From: Myxococcales bacterium
GTDB lineage: Bacteria > Myxococcota_C > UBA6777
NCBI GenBank assembly: GCA_027005175.1
Contig: JALTMC010000623.1
Coordinates: 1 to 43,259 of the forward strand
Reading direction: 5' to 3'
Length of the DNA stretch: 43,259 bases
The notes under the pieces: generated by a model
The model's database searches: none
What the model saw: only the letters and a program-made list of their open reading frames with translations
Told to the model about the DNA's origin: nothing
Part shown: positions 40,907-43,259 of the stretch, in pieces
Layout: each line of letters opens with the position of its first letter
How positions within the stretch are numbered: the first letter of the stretch is position 1
Position numbers and translations under genes: made by a program

Positions 40907-43259
40907 ATGATTAAAGCGATCATTAATGCCTCTTTAAATAACCGGCTTATCGTCTTGATGATGACAGGACTGCTCATCGCTGGTGGACTGAGAGCAATGT
41001 ATACGCTTCCTGTAGACGTTGTTCCCGATCTCACCAATACCCAGGTGCAGATTCTCACCAAGTTGCCCGGTTTAGCTCCTGTAGAGGTTGAAAAGTTTGT
41101 CACATTTCCCATCGAGCAATCGATGGCAGGGATTCCAAGGCTCAAGAATATTCGGTCCTTGAGCCAGTTTGGACTCTCCTCAATTACTGTTGTTTTTGAA
41201 GAAGGCACGGATATCCACTGGGCCCGTCGCCGGATCTCACAACGGCTTGCGGGAGCACGTGAGGAGATCCCCAAAGGATTCAATAAACCTTTGATGGGTC
41301 CATTGAGTACAGGCTTGGGTGAGATCTATCAGTTCGAACTTAAGAGTTCACGCCACACTCCCATGCAACTTCGCACGATGCTCGACTGGTACATCGCTCC
41401 CCCACTTCGACTCGTCAAAGGTGTTATCGAGATCAACAGCTTCGGTGGAAAACTCAAAACCTATGAAGTCCAGCTTGATGCAACAAAGCTTCGAAAGTAT
41501 GGCGTCACACCCGGTGAAGTGTATAAGGCTTTGGAAGAAGGTCATCTCAACGTGGGAGGAGGCTATATTCTCCGCTCGGGAGAACAGTATATTGTACGGG
41601 GAGAAGGACTCCTTCGGACACTCGACGATGTAGCGAGAATACCGGTAAAAACGGCAAAGCACGGAACACCTATTTACATCCGAAACGTTGCGAAGGTTCG
41701 CTATGCTCCAATGATTCGGCAAGGGGCAGTTACTCGCGATGGAAAGGAAGTCGTCACAGCGACGGTGATGATGCTCTTGGGAGCCAACCCTGCGTTTGTC
41801 ATTGAACGTGTCCAAAAGAAACTCAAAGAACTCAAAGCAGCCCTACCCAAAGGGGTCACGGTCAATGTCTTTTACAATCGCTCTGATCTTGTAAAACGCA
41901 CAGTACAAACTGTCAGAACGAACCTGCTGGAAGGTGGGCTTCTGGTCATCGTGATCCTCTTTCTCTTGCTTGGAAATCTCAGAGGAGGACTACTGGTAGC
42001 GGCCACCATCCCTCTCTCCATGCTGTTTGCATTTATTTGTATGAGATGGGCTGGGATCAGTGGAAACTTAATGAGTCTGGGAGCCATTGACTTTGGTATC
42101 ATTGTTGATGGCTCTGTGGTGATGGTCGAACATATGGTGCTCGCCTTTACCATCAATAAGATATCAGCCTCACCGATAGAACAGGCCCGAAGTGCAGCAC
42201 AAGAAGTGGGTCGACCGATCCTCTTTTCTGTCATCATTATTATGGTGGTATACCTTCCCATACTTACACTGCAAGGCACGGAAGGTAAGCTATTTCGCCC
42301 CATGGCCTGGACACTGTTGTTTGCCTTGGGTGGTGCTCTCTTGGTCAGCTTGACGCTGATGCCTGTACTCGCAACGTTTGTCTATAGCCGTCAGTTGGAA
42401 GAAAAAGAGACATGGTTGTTGCGTCTGTTTCGAACACTCTACAGACCTATCCTTGTACTCTCTCTCCGGTTTCGCCTTACGATTATTGGTAGTTCGCTTG
42501 CCATTTTCCTGGTAAGTGTGTGGATCTTGTTTGGTATGGGTGCCAACTTTATCCCTCGTTTGGATGAAGGGATGCTTGCCATGCAAGCCAGCCGACTGCC
42601 TTCTGTGTCGCTGGAAGAATCCATTCGACATACAACCCGAATTGAGAAGATCCTCAAGGAGTTTCCAGAGATTCAGTCTGTCATCTCAAAGACAGGTCGA
42701 GCGGAAGTAGCCACTGACCCAATGGGTGTCTTCTTTTCGGATATCTTTGTTGTGTTGTCTCCGGCCAAAAAATGGCGTCCAGGTATGACAACACTTCGCC
42801 TAGTCAAAGAGATGGAAAAGAAGCTCAAAGCAGTTAGCCCAGCTAACCGCTACTCGTTTAGCCAACCCATCCAACTGCGAACAGCTGAATTACTATCTGG
42901 CGTTAAATCCGATGTGGCTCTCAAACTCTTTGGTGATGATCTGCAAAAACTCCAAAAAAGTGCACAAAGCATCGTCAATGTTCTGCGCAAAGTGCGAGGA
43001 GCTGCTGATGTCCTGGTCGAACCCACAGTTGGACTACCTTATTTGCGAATCAAACTGAATCGCCGGGAGATCAGCCGACATGGAGTCTCTGACAATGAGG
43101 TTCTACAGGTGATCCAAAGCATCGGAGGAAAAACAGTAGGGGTGATCTTTGACGGACAAAAACGATTTGATCTACGCGTTCGTTTTCAAAAGAAAGATCG
43201 CAGTCGCCTCTCTGCCATTCGCCAGCTACCTGTTCGTACAAGTCGCGGAACAACGCTAC
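40907..43259 (+). CDS. czcA: Heavy-metal-efflux RND transporter, CzcA family (N-terminal ~784 aa; continues past the window)
   Basis: AAAGGAGG upstream. MIKAIINASLNNRLIVLMMTGLLIAGG..., PDLTNTQVQILT, and the TM4 signature AIDFGIIVDGSVVMVEH (DFG..DG..VE type, typical of divalent-cation HME-RND pumps). The frame is open to nt 43259, which is why the ORF track lacks it. Confidence 0.9.
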   Translation, partial: MIKAIINASLNNRLIVLMMTGLLIAGGLRAMYTLPVDVVPDLTNTQVQILTKLPGLAPVEVEKFVTFPIEQSMAGIPRLKNIRSLSQFGLSSITVVFEEGTDIHWARRRISQRLAGAREEIPKGFNKPLMGPLSTGLGEIYQFELKSSRHTPMQLRTMLDWYIAPPLRLVKGVIEINSFGGKLKTYEVQLDATKLRKYGVTPGEVYKALEEGHLNVGGGYILRSGEQYIVRGEGLLRTLDDVARIPVKTAKHGTPIYIRNVAKVRYAPMIRQGAVTRDGKEVVTATVMMLLGANPAFVIERVQKKLKELKAALPKGVTVNVFYNRSDLVKRTVQTVRTNLLEGGLLVIVILFLLLGNLRGGLLVAATIPLSMLFAFICMRWAGISGNLMSLGAIDFGIIVDGSVVMVEHMVLAFTINKISASPIEQARSAAQEVGRPILFSVIIIMVVYLPILTLQGTEGKLFRPMAWTLLFALGGALLVSLTLMPVLATFVYSRQLEEKETWLLRLFRTLYRPILVLSLRFRLTIIGSSLAIFLVSVWILFGMGANFIPRLDEGMLAMQASRLPSVSLEESIRHTTRIEKILKEFPEIQSVISKTGRAEVATDPMGVFFSDIFVVLSPAKKWRPGMTTLRLVKEMEKKLKAVSPANRYSFSQPIQLRTAELLSGVKSDVALKLFGDDLQKLQKSAQSIVNVLRKVRGAADVLVEPTVGLPYLRIKLNRREISRHGVSDNEVLQVIQSIGGKTVGVIFDGQKRFDLRVRFQKKDRSRLSAIRQLPVRTSRGTTL

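Noticed and set aside
40837-42657. Minus-strand ORFs of 102-155 aa in the czcA region, with no plus-strand ORF listed in the track.
   Set aside because: The plus-strand frame from ATG 40907 is open to the window end and encodes an unmistakable CzcA-family RND pump. The track omits it only because no stop is reached.
1-43259. Prophage, integrative element, plasmid backbone or defence island.
   Set aside because: No integrase, transposase, recombinase, phage structural, restriction-modification, cas, toxin-antitoxin or conjugation genes were recognisable. The gene content is housekeeping, envelope, signalling and metal/sulfur metabolism.

Overview
A 43.3-kb chromosomal segment from a diderm (Gram-negative-type) bacterium. 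I read about 31 protein genes. I saw no rRNA or tRNA genes and no transposase, integrase, phage or cas genes. Gene content, left to right: (1) a lipoprotein-maturation cluster, ileS (3' part)-lspA-lgt-lgt, with several unusual features; (2) a HupE/UreJ-like membrane protein; (3) a small Cys-rich basic secreted protein and a large multidomain rhomboid protease; (4) an FHA protein; (5) an HMA-like secreted protein interrupted by one in-frame TGA at the metal-binding Cys position; (6) a GNAT acetyltransferase; (7) a degenerate ImmA/IrrE-like protein, a PGM1-like ATP-grasp ligase and a Hanks-type Ser/Thr kinase; (8) two small lipoproteins; (9) an M20 peptidase; (10) a MASE1-CHASE hybrid histidine kinase; (11) a secreted amidohydrolase-fold protein; (12) a sulfur-trafficking cluster (SQR-like flavoprotein, DUF1641-TusE/DsrC fusion, DsrE-like protein, YafJ-type amidotransferase); (13) a fatty-acid-hydroxylase/sterol-desaturase-family protein; (14) two heme proteins; (15) the PPDK regulatory protein and ppdK; (16) a czcCBA-type heavy-metal RND efflux operon that runs off the right edge. 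The non-coding fraction is unusually rich in repeats. It holds a dispersed ~100-bp cassette with a TGTAGAYTC core that ends in SD+ATG, present at three loci and once expanded with CRISPR-like spacing. Short-period tandem arrays sit at three convergent gene junctions, and a spaced direct repeat at a fourth. Gene termini are duplicated into flanking DNA. Repeat-spacer-repeat structures with a 67-78 bp period recur across the window. My most interesting candidates are the possible selenocysteine HMA protein with a SECIS-like hairpin, the repeat cassette, the DUF1641-TusE fusion cluster, and the derived ileS/lspA/lgt-lgt cluster. All functional calls come from motif recognition by eye, with no database searches.
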